DNA of 64,000 nt from a virus, in the IMG/VR virus record IMGVR_UViG_3300013131_000024, positions 1 to 64,000 of that record; one strand, 5' to 3'. Position 1 is the stretch's first letter. Each line of letters starts with the position of its first letter. The notes under the pieces are model-generated. The model was not told where the DNA came from and searched no databases. It saw only the letters and a program-made list of their open reading frames with translations. Below are positions 1-10,107 of this stretch, piece after piece. The position numbers and the translations under genes are program-made.

Positions 1-57
1 ATTATAAATATTAATGCCAGTCCCGGAGCGGGACTATTTGATTAAGGAGAAAATATC

Positions 58-525
58 ATGGCAAACGTATATGGTGTAGCACAAACTTATAGCAACGCTG
101 GTGCAGCGATCGCAGCTTCTCAGCTAGGTGCAAATGCAGGACATAGAGATGTAGCAAGAAATGGTTTAACTAAGGCCCTAGCGGCTTTTGATGTTGACTT
201 TGCAGTAAATGCAACAGATTTCAGTGCAACTGAGCTAGGCGCAGGCGGTGCAGTCAAAGAAGTTCTTAATGTTATTGCAACAATGGGAACTATTGTTGGT
301 TATTCAGCTTTACGTGCTGACGGTGGCGCAAATGCTGGTCAGGTAATGACAGTATTGATCGAAGGCGATTTTGGTACACTACCTTATGACGGTACAAACA
401 ACGAAACTTTGGCAGCTCACTTAGAAGACCTAATTCAAGCTAAAACAGCAGCCGGTACAGGTCCGGTTAACCTAAATGCTGCTACGGTGACAGTAGTTAC
501 TGGTTTCCCACTAGCAGCAGTCTAA
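58..525 (+). CDS. Ala/Gly-rich hypothetical virion protein
   Basis: 155 aa ORF, AGGAGA RBS, late-promoter-like TATAAATA at 3-10, followed by a terminator. Confidence 0.6.
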   Translation: MANVYGVAQTYSNAGAAIAASQLGANAGHRDVARNGLTKALAAFDVDFAVNATDFSATELGAGGAVKEVLNVIATMGTIVGYSALRADGGANAGQVMTVLIEGDFGTLPYDGTNNETLAAHLEDLIQAKTAAGTGPVNLNAATVTVVTGFPLAAV

Positions 526-548
526 GGTTTTTCCTAGGGATGGGAAGT

Positions 549-575
549 GGGGCGGATTTATTCCGCCCTTTTTTA
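549..575 (+). terminator. Intrinsic terminator
   Basis: GGGGCGGA-tttat-TCCGCCCT followed by a T-run. Confidence 0.75.
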
Positions 576-598
576 TTGGCCATAAATATTAGCATATT

Positions 599-1003
599 AT
601 GGCAAGATATAAAATCATAACTTTGGTTGACATAACTAGAACCAACACCAATCGAGGAGAAACTGATAAAATCAAAATAGGACAACAGGCAAATTTTAAC
701 AGTCTGGTGCAGGCCATAGGCATGCGTTCTAATGTACAATGGGCTAGTGATCCGGAAAAAAATTCAGGTGCATTGCCATTCCCATTAGAAGGTAAAGCTG
801 TGCATTGGATTTGGGAGTTTGAAGCTGAGCGCGAAGAAGTTTTCCTCCAAAATAACGATCCAGTAGCTTTATTGAAGATCGACTTAAACGGTGTCCCTAT
901 AGTGGACAAATTAGAAAATTCTGCGGACATTACCCCAGCGGCTTTTCAGTGTTTAGGTGAAAAAGCAAACACTTGGGTTTCACAAATTTCGTCAAACATA
1001 TAA
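599..1003 (+). CDS. Hypothetical phage protein
   Basis: 134 aa ORF after ATAAATA motif. Confidence 0.6.
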   Translation: MARYKIITLVDITRTNTNRGETDKIKIGQQANFNSLVQAIGMRSNVQWASDPEKNSGALPFPLEGKAVHWIWEFEAEREEVFLQNNDPVALLKIDLNGVPIVDKLENSADITPAAFQCLGEKANTWVSQISSNI

Positions 1004-1090
1004 ATAAATTTACAAAAGGCATTCATTTAGGCAATTCTTATTAGGCACATGTCCGCAGGGGACCTTGACTTAACACAGGAGAAGCCAAAT

Positions 1091-1411
1091 ATGGCCACGG
1101 TAGTAGAGCGAGTAGGTGTTCTTGAAATAAAAGTACAACACATAGACGAAAAAATAGATGAACTCAAAGTGGATGTAAAGGAACTGCACGATTGTCTAGA
1201 TCGCACGGGCGATTCATTAGCTAAAACTCTTGCCGATATGCGAGACGAGTCCACTATGCAACATAACGAGCTAGCTGGTAAAATATCAGAATTAGAAAAA
1301 CAAAAACAAAGATTGATGAGTTATGGTATAATAGGACTAGCGTTCATCGCAGGATTAGGATGGACTGGACAACTTAATATTCAAACTATATTCAAGTTTT
1401 TTGGCATATAA
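1091..1411 (+). CDS. Coiled-coil protein with C-terminal TM helix (holin/hemolysin-like, uncertain)
   Basis: AGGAGA RBS before ATG 1091; heptad repeats, then YGIIGLAFIAGLGW. Confidence 0.5.
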   Translation: MATVVERVGVLEIKVQHIDEKIDELKVDVKELHDCLDRTGDSLAKTLADMRDESTMQHNELAGKISELEKQKQRLMSYGIIGLAFIAGLGWTGQLNIQTIFKFFGI

Positions 1412-1428
1412 AATATACACACTTAAAT

Positions 1429-1452
1429 AAAGGACCCTAGGGTCCTTTTTTA
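1429..1452 (+). terminator. Intrinsic terminator
   Basis: AAAGGACC-ctag-GGTCCTTTTTT. Confidence 0.65.
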
Positions 1453-1878
1453 ATGACAAATGTATCGAAAAAATTAGAGCAAATAGTTAAAAAAGAACTT
1501 GCTCAGACTATAATTCCTGTTAAAACTGATAAAGGTATTTTAGTTGGGCAGGTGTTAATTACTAGCGAAGGATCGTTAAAAAATTTGTACAAAAATGAAA
1601 AGATGATTTACAGCAACATCCATCTTAATTGCATAGCTGTACGCATGGCTAATATTTTAGCATTTGCCCCACATAGTGCCTATGCTGATAAGCTATATAA
1701 AGCAGATCAAGAATACGGAAAATGGTTTGTAGATAATCAGATCCTTCGCGCACAATATCAAAAATACTTACAAAACAAAGATTATGAAAAAGCCGATCTT
1801 ATTTGGGCCAAATACCAAGAAAGCAGGGATAAAACTCTTTACTTTAAAACGCAGGCAGAAACTTTGGCAGCTGTCTGA
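1453..1878 (+). CDS. Hypothetical protein
   Basis: 141 aa ORF. Confidence 0.55.
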   Translation: MTNVSKKLEQIVKKELAQTIIPVKTDKGILVGQVLITSEGSLKNLYKNEKMIYSNIHLNCIAVRMANILAFAPHSAYADKLYKADQEYGKWFVDNQILRAQYQKYLQNKDYEKADLIWAKYQESRDKTLYFKTQAETLAAV

Positions 1879-1910
1879 ATAAATATAATATCTATTGTGG
1901 ACCCTAATTT

Positions 1911-2888
1911 ATGAATACTCAAGACCTTTTTAAAGTAGATAGATCAGCACAGAGAATCAACGAATCTATAGAAAAAACTTTTGGACAACGGTTAGATCTA
2001 GCCTCTTTTGATCTACCAAAATTACAAGACGCTAGGAACAAGCTGAGAACACAGCTTAGCCAAGTTCGTAATCAGAGCGGATTCAATGAAAACATTGAAA
2101 ATGAAGCTATCACCAAAGCACAGTGGATGTTGGATGCTATCAATGCAGAAATTGCAGAACGAGAAGAATTTATAGTAGACAACGATCAAGTGTTTGTAGA
2201 TGAAGAACAGGATACACAAGAGCTTGACGAAAAAACACCATCGGGCGATAAAGCAGAACGTATGGTAAAGCATATCAAGAAAGGATATGCCAAAGATGGT
2301 AAATTAACAGATAAAGAAAAATCGATAGCTTATGCAACAGCATGGAAGCATCATAATAAACAAAAAGAGTCAATCGAATCAGGAGAAACTATGACTAACC
2401 TTAAAGAAGGCGAAGTACAACAGGCCAGTGCTATCGTTACTGCAAAAACAATGGTCGACAGAGTCAGTCGTTGGATTGAAGAACTTTCCGGCATGGAGAA
2501 CGATACTTTGCTTCAGTTAGGCGACAGTATCAGAGATGAAATGGGGCAAGATCAAGCAAAAAACTTTATCACTGCGGTCGCGCCAGCAATTCAACAGGCA
2601 CTAGAAAATCTAAAGACAACTAGAGAAACGTTAGCAACAGGAGTTAGACAACTAACAGGTGAAGAACAGGGTGCAGAAATGTTAGGCGGCGAACCAGAAG
2701 GTGGAGAAGATATGATGCCAGCAGGCGCCGACGAAATGAATATGCCGGCCGAAGAGCCAGAAATATCTGGAGGTGAAGACGAATTCGCAGCAGCCGAACC
2801 AGCAGCAGGCGGACTCGGTGATGCCGGACGCGAACAAAGAGAAAGCATCCAATATCAAAATAAACTTCTTAAAGTATTGGCAGGATAA
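1911..2888 (+). CDS. Acidic putative internal head/core protein
   Basis: 325 aa, Glu-rich, AYATAWK module, ATAAATA late motif upstream. Confidence 0.5.
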   Translation: MNTQDLFKVDRSAQRINESIEKTFGQRLDLASFDLPKLQDARNKLRTQLSQVRNQSGFNENIENEAITKAQWMLDAINAEIAEREEFIVDNDQVFVDEEQDTQELDEKTPSGDKAERMVKHIKKGYAKDGKLTDKEKSIAYATAWKHHNKQKESIESGETMTNLKEGEVQQASAIVTAKTMVDRVSRWIEELSGMENDTLLQLGDSIRDEMGQDQAKNFITAVAPAIQQALENLKTTRETLATGVRQLTGEEQGAEMLGGEPEGGEDMMPAGADEMNMPAEEPEISGGEDEFAAAEPAAGGLGDAGREQRESIQYQNKLLKVLAG

Positions 2889-3196
2889 TGAAACTTTCTG
2901 ATCTCAGAGAAAATGATCGTCAGATCGCTGAACTACTGCCAGCATTGGGTGCAGTAGGTGGTGCTATTGGTGGTGCTGCAAAAGCGGTCGGTGGCGCGAT
3001 GGCCAAAGGAGCATCTGCTGTAGGTAGTGCATTAAAGACAACTGCTTCCGGACTTGCAGGAGGACAAATGGATCCAGCACAGGCAGCTATGGCGGCTAAA
3101 GAACGTCAAGATCAGAAAAAACAAATACAAGATGCTATTAAAAATAAACAGGCAGAATTAGCAGAACTGCAAAAACAATTAACACAATTAGGATGA
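2888..3196 (+). CDS. Ala/Gly-rich putative internal virion protein
   Basis: 102 aa, translationally coupled to upstream gene. Confidence 0.5.
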   Translation: MKLSDLRENDRQIAELLPALGAVGGAIGGAAKAVGGAMAKGASAVGSALKTTASGLAGGQMDPAQAAMAAKERQDQKKQIQDAIKNKQAELAELQKQLTQLG

Positions 3197-3567
3197 GATT
3201 TTTCGAATTTTCAGACACCGGTATTGATAAATTTATTATCATACTTAAAAACTTTATTGGTAGATCTTCATCTAAAAAAGAACCAGCTAGGTTAAATTGG
3301 GCTTCACTAAGTAAAATTGCCACTGATGCAGGGTTTGAAATGGGTGCAGATTATGAGACGTTCAAATCTATGTACGATAGTAATCCTGTTCTTCAGCAAC
3401 TTGTGAAAAATTTTAATGCCGACGGTATAGAACTAGCAGTCCCTGGAACAGCGCAGGCCGGCGACAAAGATGCTCAATCCCCCGTTAAAAAAGGTCAAAC
3501 AAGCCAAGATGCTGTTGATAAAATAGCAGCCTCCTCCGCTCCACAACAGCTTAACAAAACAATTTAA
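3193..3567 (+). CDS. Hypothetical protein with MRFFEF N-terminus
   Basis: 124 aa, ATGA overlap. Confidence 0.55.
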   Translation: MRFFEFSDTGIDKFIIILKNFIGRSSSKKEPARLNWASLSKIATDAGFEMGADYETFKSMYDSNPVLQQLVKNFNADGIELAVPGTAQAGDKDAQSPVKKGQTSQDAVDKIAASSAPQQLNKTI

Positions 3568-3574
3568 ATCTTTT

Positions 3575-4219
3575 ATGATAGACAGCAGAAATTTTTCTAT
3601 TAATGTCTTTCATTCGTGTCAACAAATCGACATCAGCATTTCTGGTCCTAAATTAGAAAGATTAGAACATTTGAAACAAGCTCTCACATATGTTGATATA
3701 ACTGGTTCTATTTTAGAGTTTGGAGTATTTCAAGGTAAAACTTTGAGATTAATCGCTAACTTTTTTAAAAATGAACCTGTTTGGGGATTTGATAGTTTTG
3801 AGGGATTACCAGAAGACTGGACAAAAAATGAACAAGGACCAATAGAATATAGTAAAGGGCATTTTTCTGTTAGTGCAATGCCCAAGGTACCGGACAACGT
3901 TAATCTAGTTAAGGGTTGGTTTAATGAAACATTGCCGGAGTGGTTAAAAAATAACACAGAAAACATAAAATTTTTACATTTAGACGCAGATCTCTATTCT
4001 AGCACTAAAGACGTTTTAACCTTACTAAATTCTAGAATAGTTCCTGGAACGGTCATAGTTTTTGATGAGATGTATCCTTGGCGAAATATTAATCAATATC
4101 AAAATTGGGCAGAAGGAGAATACAGAGCTCTTAAGGAATGGTTAGAAATTCACAACAGAGAATTCGTTCCATTATTGAGAAACAGGTATAATCAATGTTC
4201 AATGAAAGTCTATCGCTAG
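3575..4219 (+). CDS. TylF/MycF-like class I SAM-dependent methyltransferase
   Basis: LEFGVFQG, GFDSFEGLP, GWF.ETL, LHLDADLYSS, VFDE motifs. Confidence 0.85.
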   Translation: MIDSRNFSINVFHSCQQIDISISGPKLERLEHLKQALTYVDITGSILEFGVFQGKTLRLIANFFKNEPVWGFDSFEGLPEDWTKNEQGPIEYSKGHFSVSAMPKVPDNVNLVKGWFNETLPEWLKNNTENIKFLHLDADLYSSTKDVLTLLNSRIVPGTVIVFDEMYPWRNINQYQNWAEGEYRALKEWLEIHNREFVPLLRNRYNQCSMKVYR

Positions 4220-4261
4220 CCAAGGTTGACTTTATTAGAGTTCTCAAGTAATATATACAAT

Positions 4262-4963
4262 ATGACAATTGAACATACTCCTCCTCCTTTTGTAGAAAAA
4301 TTTCAATATAAAAACTGCACCCAAGTAAACGATCCGGTTACTAGAAAACGAGTCTACCTAACTCCGGATGGGGAAAGTCTACCCAGCGTTACAACCATCC
4401 TTGGCGCCACTAAGGATATGACACATCTTAACGAATGGAAAAAGCGCATAGGCGAGGAAAAAGCTAAACAAATTACCACAGAAGCCGCCGGAGTTGGAAC
4501 AGCCATGCACAGCAATCTCGAAAGATTTATTGCAGGAATGCAACGACAGCCTGGCAATAATCCTGTTCATGTGCAGGCTAATGCTATGGCGGACGTGATT
4601 ATTTCTAATGGTCTGTCTAAAATCAATGAAGTATGGGCCATGGAGCAGAGCCTTTACTTTCCCGGACTTTATTCGGGTACTACAGACTTAGTGGCAGTGT
4701 ACGAGGACAATCCCTGCATCGCAGATTATAAACAGACCAACAAGCCCAAGAAAGAAGAGTGGGTGGAAGATTATAAACTACAACTGATAGCCTATATACT
4801 AGCACATAATGAAGTCTACGGCACAGACATCCGAGAAGGCCATGTGTTTATGTGCAGCCGCAACTGTGAATATCAGCAGTTTGATCTATGGCCCACAGAT
4901 TTTAACAAATATCAAGATCTTTGGCTTAATAAGGTTGAAGAATACTACAAGCTCAACGGATAA
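4262..4963 (+). CDS. PD-(D/E)XK exonuclease
   Basis: PSVTTIL, GT.MH, YSGTTDL..IADYKQ, QL.AY motifs. Confidence 0.85.
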   Translation: MTIEHTPPPFVEKFQYKNCTQVNDPVTRKRVYLTPDGESLPSVTTILGATKDMTHLNEWKKRIGEEKAKQITTEAAGVGTAMHSNLERFIAGMQRQPGNNPVHVQANAMADVIISNGLSKINEVWAMEQSLYFPGLYSGTTDLVAVYEDNPCIADYKQTNKPKKEEWVEDYKLQLIAYILAHNEVYGTDIREGHVFMCSRNCEYQQFDLWPTDFNKYQDLWLNKVEEYYKLNG

Positions 4964-4987
4964 ATACCATATAGAGAGGGTATTTCA

Positions 4988-6589
4988 ATGGCCGTTGTAC
5001 AAATTTCAAAGATACAGGTCCGAAGAGGACAAAAAAACTCAAACAGCGGAGTTCCGCAACTTAGTTCAGCTGAATTTGCTTGGGCAGTCGATTCTCAAGA
5101 GCTATTCATAGGAAACGGCAGCGTAGCTGAAGGTGCTCCTTATGTAGGAAATACTAGAATACTGACAGAGCATGATAATATCCTTGAACTGATTGCAGGT
5201 TATAAATTTGCTAACGACGATACAGCCATTACCCTTAGTGTATCTAGAAGTCTACAAAGTAAATTAGACGAGTATGTATCTGTGACAGACTTCGGTGCCG
5301 TCGGCGATGGTTCTACAGACTGTGTGGAAGCTTTCGAAACTGCATTCACTGAATTGTTTAGAAACAGCGATCAGAATTACAGAAAAGTCTTGGTAATACC
5401 CAACGGCGAATATTTACTAACCAATGACATCGCCATACCTGCTAATGCAAAAATAAAAGGGGAAACCCAACACGGTACGGTATTAAATCTAGGAGGTAAC
5501 ACGATTAGATTTATTACTTCAACAGGATTAGAAGTAAATGATTTTGACAGCACAAATCGACCACAGAATATAGAAATTTCAAATCTCACCATTGAAAGAA
5601 CATCTGGACAGATTTCGTTATCTGGTGTAGCTAATTCAATATTTGAAAAGGTTCGTTTTATAGGTGTTTATACTCTAGGCGGAAGTGTTCCATCAATGGC
5701 GACTCAACCGGCCGCTGTCTATTGGGAAAATAATCTTGTAGGGACTAGCGTACAGAATATCCTTTTTAAAGATTGTGATTTTGAAGGTAATAGCGTAGGT
5801 CTAAAGTGTAGACAGACAGCAGTATTTGATACCAGTATAAAATTAGATGCATGTAAATTTTTAGTCAGCGATACTGCCATTTACATAGAAGGAGTCACTG
5901 GACAAGGAAATAAATGGTCAATTTATGATTGCGAATTTGAAGAAATCGCCAATCAAGCATTTAGATCTACATCAGGAACACAGACTATCGTACAACGCTG
6001 TCAGTTTAAAAATGTAGGCAATAATACTGCCACAGCGGCCAATCCGGACGATGTAATGATTTATTTTGGTGAAAAAATAGGAAACATCGTCAGCCAATGT
6101 GTAAGTAATAGACAACAAGCTGCTGGCATAGTATCAACTAGTGGTGTAGCAGCATTTACCGAAGTATATAATGCAGCTGGCGCTAACTTTATTGATAAGA
6201 TATATTCAGTAATCTATTTGTCTGACAGTTTTAGACCATTGGCAGTATTCTCTGCGATTAATAAATTTACTACTATTACCTATTGTCTTAAACTAGGCGA
6301 GCACACAAGATACGGAACTTTAACTATTGTAATCGGTGATGATTTATCAACAGGGGCTAATGGCTCTGAAGTAAGTATCACTGACAATTTTGTATATTCA
6401 CCTAATTTTCTAATCAGCGAGGGGGCAAGCATTATGACAGGTTTTGAATTTTCAATTTCTAAAACAAGTAATACCACAGCGGATGATTCAACTGCTGCTG
6501 TAGTTGATACTTTGGTCTTGACCTACAAAAATCCTCTATCAACTGGTCTGATAGGGTCCATATCGTTCGATGTGGCCTATGGTGTTTGA
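4988..6589 (+). CDS. Tail/baseplate protein with pectate-lyase-like beta-helix
   Basis: IQVRRG N-terminus; SVTDFGAVGDG..D; IPNGEY; beta-helix repeats. Confidence 0.7.
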   Translation: MAVVQISKIQVRRGQKNSNSGVPQLSSAEFAWAVDSQELFIGNGSVAEGAPYVGNTRILTEHDNILELIAGYKFANDDTAITLSVSRSLQSKLDEYVSVTDFGAVGDGSTDCVEAFETAFTELFRNSDQNYRKVLVIPNGEYLLTNDIAIPANAKIKGETQHGTVLNLGGNTIRFITSTGLEVNDFDSTNRPQNIEISNLTIERTSGQISLSGVANSIFEKVRFIGVYTLGGSVPSMATQPAAVYWENNLVGTSVQNILFKDCDFEGNSVGLKCRQTAVFDTSIKLDACKFLVSDTAIYIEGVTGQGNKWSIYDCEFEEIANQAFRSTSGTQTIVQRCQFKNVGNNTATAANPDDVMIYFGEKIGNIVSQCVSNRQQAAGIVSTSGVAAFTEVYNAAGANFIDKIYSVIYLSDSFRPLAVFSAINKFTTITYCLKLGEHTRYGTLTIVIGDDLSTGANGSEVSITDNFVYSPNFLISEGASIMTGFEFSISKTSNTTADDSTAAVVDTLVLTYKNPLSTGLIGSISFDVAYGV

Positions 6590-7004
6590 TCTCCACGGTG
6601 CCGATAGATTAGCTGCTTGGAAACAATTTAGAGATAATTTAGAAAAAAGTAAGAACCCGTTTCAAGAAGTGGTAGATCTCTGGAGCCGCGCTCCATTTGT
6701 AAGCAACTATCTAGATCCAAATAAACCAAACGAATGGCCAGATCCGTGGCATTTGATTCTTGATCTCCGCCTCGATGATCTTGCAATCGCTCTAGGAATG
6801 CTTTACACTATAACATTAACACAGCGGTTTATGAAGACCAATTGTGAGATACATATGTCTATGCTTCCTAATAAAAATGAACCAATCTTTGCTCTAGCAG
6901 TGAATAATAAATACGTTCTTAATCTAGAATACAAAAAAGTAGTAGACATAACCGAATTACAAAAATACAAAACAAACATTATTTGGACGATACCTAGGTT
7001 ATAA
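6579..7004 (+). CDS. Hypothetical phage protein
   Basis: ORF with WPDPW motif, coupled to upstream gene. Confidence 0.6.
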   Translation: MVFDLHGADRLAAWKQFRDNLEKSKNPFQEVVDLWSRAPFVSNYLDPNKPNEWPDPWHLILDLRLDDLAIALGMLYTITLTQRFMKTNCEIHMSMLPNKNEPIFALAVNNKYVLNLEYKKVVDITELQKYKTNIIWTIPRL

Positions 7005-7045
7005 TAAATATCAAACCTAGAAAATATTTACAGAGACAAACGAAA

Positions 7046-9379
7046 ATGAGCATCACGGTAATCAAGAGAGACGGAAAGAAAGAACCACTTACTATCGAAA
7101 AGTGGCAGGCACAAGTGGCAAAAGTTTGTAAAGGAATCGCAGACGTTAGCCAATCAATGATAGAAATCAAGGCTCAACCACATTTTTACGACGGAATAAC
7201 CACGGAAGAAATCGATGGAATAACTCTACGAGCCATCGTTGATCTCATCGACATCGAACACAATCCTGATGTAGGGCACACGAATTATCAATATGTGGCC
7301 GGTAAGCAACGACTCTCTATGCTACGCAAAGATGTCTATGGCCAATATGAACCTCCACATCTCTATGACATAGTAAAGAAGAATGTATCAGTGGGATTAT
7401 ATAGCCCAGAGTTATTAGAGTGGTATACCGAGGACGATTGGAACAAAATGAATGATATTATCGATCATTCAAAAGATGAAGAATATGGTTATGCTGCTAT
7501 TGAACAGCTAATCGAAAAATATCTTGTAAGAAATCGTAGTACCAAAGAGATCTATGAAACACCACAAGTTAGATACATGGTTGCAGCAGCAACGGTGTTT
7601 CACAAAGAAGAGCCTAATTCGGCTCGAATGAAATATATTAAGGAATATTACAATGCGGCTTCTGACGGTCTATTTACTCTCGCTACTCCTGTTCTTGCTG
7701 GGCTTGGCACTCCCACTAAGCAGTTCAGTAGTTGTGTGCTCATTCGCAGTGATGATGACCTTGACTCCATTTTTGCTTCTGGCGAAATGATGGCCAAGTA
7801 TGCCAGCAAGAGAGCAGGTATTGGTTTGGAGATTGGACGATTACGTCCTTTGGGTAGTCCTATCAGGGGCGGCGAAATCATGCACACTGGCATGATTCCT
7901 TTTTTGAAAAAGTGGTTCGGAGACTTAAGGAGTTGTTCACAAGGTGGTATTCGCAATGCAAGTGCTACTGTGTTTTATCCTATTTGGCATCATCAGTTTG
8001 ACGATCTTATTGTCCTTAAGAATAATCAAGGAACTGAAGAGACTCGCGTCAGACATATGGACTACGGAGTTGTACTATCGGCGTTCTTTTGGCGTAGGTT
8101 TAAAAATAAAGAAAACATCACGTTCTTTGATCCTAACGAAGTACCTGATTTGTACGAAGCCTTTTACAAAAACACAACTGAGTTTGAAGAACTTTATGTT
8201 AGATACGAAAAACGTAAAGACCTTAGAAAAAAAGTAATGTCTGCTGAAGAAGCATTCAAATCAGGCATACTCAAGGAGCGTACAGATACAGGTCGCATCT
8301 ATTTGGTGTTTATTGATAATGTTATGAATCAAGGACCGTTTGATCCTGAATATCATACTATCTATCAAAGTAATCTGTGCTGCGAGATCTTATTGCCAAC
8401 CCGTCCATTTAAGAGATTAGACGACGTGGAAGGACGCATAGCGTTATGCACACTGGGATCCATCAACTGGGGTGCGTTCCGTAACCCAGAAGACATGCGT
8501 AGAGCCTGTCGCATATTACAAAGAAGCCTATGTAATATCCTAGACTATCAGGATTTCTTAAGTATTCAAAGTAAGTTGAGCAACGACGAAATCCAACCTC
8601 TAGGGATAGGCGTTACAAATTTAGCCTATTGGCATGCGAAAAGGGGAATCAAGTATGGCGACAAAGACGCATTGGCAGAAGTTAAACTTTGGATGGAGCA
8701 TCAAGCCTTTTACCTTACAGAAGCAACTGTTGAGCTTGCCAAAGAAAGAGGAAAATGCAAAGAATCAGATAGAACAAGATACGGACAAGGAATCTTCCCT
8801 TGGGAAAGAAGAGCTGACGGAGTTAACGAACTTACCGACTTCTCTCCAGAACTCGATTGGGAGTCGCTCCGTCAAGAAATGAAAACACACGGAGTAAGAA
8901 ATGCTACATTAATGGCTATTGCTCCAGTAGAGTCTAGTAGTGTTGTTATTAATAGCACAAACGGTATTGAAATGCCTATGAGTTTGATATCAACCAAGGA
9001 AAGTAAAGCAGGATCGTTTACACAGGTCGTTCCCGAGTATAACAGATTGAAAAACAAATACCAACTAATGTGGGATCAAAAAGACTGCGACGGATACCTC
9101 AAAACTGCGTCTGTATTAGCAGCATATGTAGATCAGAGTATTAGCACTAACACTTTCTACAATCCAGCACACTTTCCAGATAGAAAAGTACCAACGACGT
9201 TGATTGCTAAAAATCTTATGCAAGCACATGTATGGGGTTTGAAAACATTCTATTATAGCTTGATTAATAAGGCAGGATCTAAAATAGAGGAAAGAACTCC
9301 CGAAGTACATTATAATGGTTTTCATAATGAACGAGAACTTATAGAAGAAATAGAAGATTGCGAAGCTTGTAAGTTATGA
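7046..9379 (+). CDS. nrdA: Ribonucleotide reductase class Ia alpha subunit
   Basis: ATP cone (VIKRDG), QFSSCV, SNLCCEI, GLKTFYY, C-terminal CEAC. Confidence 0.97.
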   Translation: MSITVIKRDGKKEPLTIEKWQAQVAKVCKGIADVSQSMIEIKAQPHFYDGITTEEIDGITLRAIVDLIDIEHNPDVGHTNYQYVAGKQRLSMLRKDVYGQYEPPHLYDIVKKNVSVGLYSPELLEWYTEDDWNKMNDIIDHSKDEEYGYAAIEQLIEKYLVRNRSTKEIYETPQVRYMVAAATVFHKEEPNSARMKYIKEYYNAASDGLFTLATPVLAGLGTPTKQFSSCVLIRSDDDLDSIFASGEMMAKYASKRAGIGLEIGRLRPLGSPIRGGEIMHTGMIPFLKKWFGDLRSCSQGGIRNASATVFYPIWHHQFDDLIVLKNNQGTEETRVRHMDYGVVLSAFFWRRFKNKENITFFDPNEVPDLYEAFYKNTTEFEELYVRYEKRKDLRKKVMSAEEAFKSGILKERTDTGRIYLVFIDNVMNQGPFDPEYHTIYQSNLCCEILLPTRPFKRLDDVEGRIALCTLGSINWGAFRNPEDMRRACRILQRSLCNILDYQDFLSIQSKLSNDEIQPLGIGVTNLAYWHAKRGIKYGDKDALAEVKLWMEHQAFYLTEATVELAKERGKCKESDRTRYGQGIFPWERRADGVNELTDFSPELDWESLRQEMKTHGVRNATLMAIAPVESSSVVINSTNGIEMPMSLISTKESKAGSFTQVVPEYNRLKNKYQLMWDQKDCDGYLKTASVLAAYVDQSISTNTFYNPAHFPDRKVPTTLIAKNLMQAHVWGLKTFYYSLINKAGSKIEERTPEVHYNGFHNERELIEEIEDCEACKL

Positions 9380-10107
9380 GTAAAAAGTTAGCTGGTCGTA
9401 GATTAAGGATCGGATTCTTCGGTGATAGTTTTTGTAAGAGCAATCTTTCCGGAACATACATTAATAAATTGGAAAATTATCTGCAGGCAGATGTAGTAAA
9501 TCTAGGCACTGGTGGATCTTCAATTGAAGATGCTATTTTATTACAGTTTAATCCGATGAAGGAATCACCGCCTGACATTTGTGTGTTCTTATGGACGTCA
9601 GCTCATAGATTATATCATCCTAAAATTAGAAACATAACTATTCATAGCGCATATCAAAATGCGACTCATACTGATAACCCTGTTTGGTCGGCCGCGTACG
9701 AATATTACAAACACATTAGTGATATACAGGCGACGAATTTTAGATATGTATCTGTATTATTTTATTTTGAATCAAAAATTTTGGCAAGTTTGCCAAAGAA
9801 CACTAAAATAATACATTTATGGTCGTTTGGTGAATCGGCGGAATGGTCTCACGATGCATATGCGCCGAATAAATTAACATATGCACACAGATTTTCAACA
9901 GGAGTTGAAATACGTCCTTCTTTAGTATCGCTGGCATGTTTTGATAGGCATATTGATAAAATTACTAATGATACCTGCCCTAATCATTTAAACAATCAGG
10001 AAAAAAATGAAATACTATTTCAATGGATATTAGATGCAATACAAAATTATCAAAATGGAAGATTAATAGATGAGTCAACAACAATACAACTTAAAAGAAA
10101 AGACTGA
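9376..10107 (+). CDS. SGNH-hydrolase-like protein between nrdA and nrdB
   Basis: FFGDSF, NLG.GGSS, WT..HR, NHL motifs. Confidence 0.6.
   Translation: MSKKLAGRRLRIGFFGDSFCKSNLSGTYINKLENYLQADVVNLGTGGSSIEDAILLQFNPMKESPPDICVFLWTSAHRLYHPKIRNITIHSAYQNATHTDNPVWSAAYEYYKHISDIQATNFRYVSVLFYFESKILASLPKNTKIIHLWSFGESAEWSHDAYAPNKLTYAHRFSTGVEIRPSLVSLACFDRHIDKITNDTCPNHLNNQEKNEILFQWILDAIQNYQNGRLIDESTTIQLKRKD

Noticed and set aside
9376-10107. Homing endonuclease or intron between nrdA and nrdB
   Set aside because: The motifs are SGNH-like, and nrdA and nrdB appear uninterrupted.
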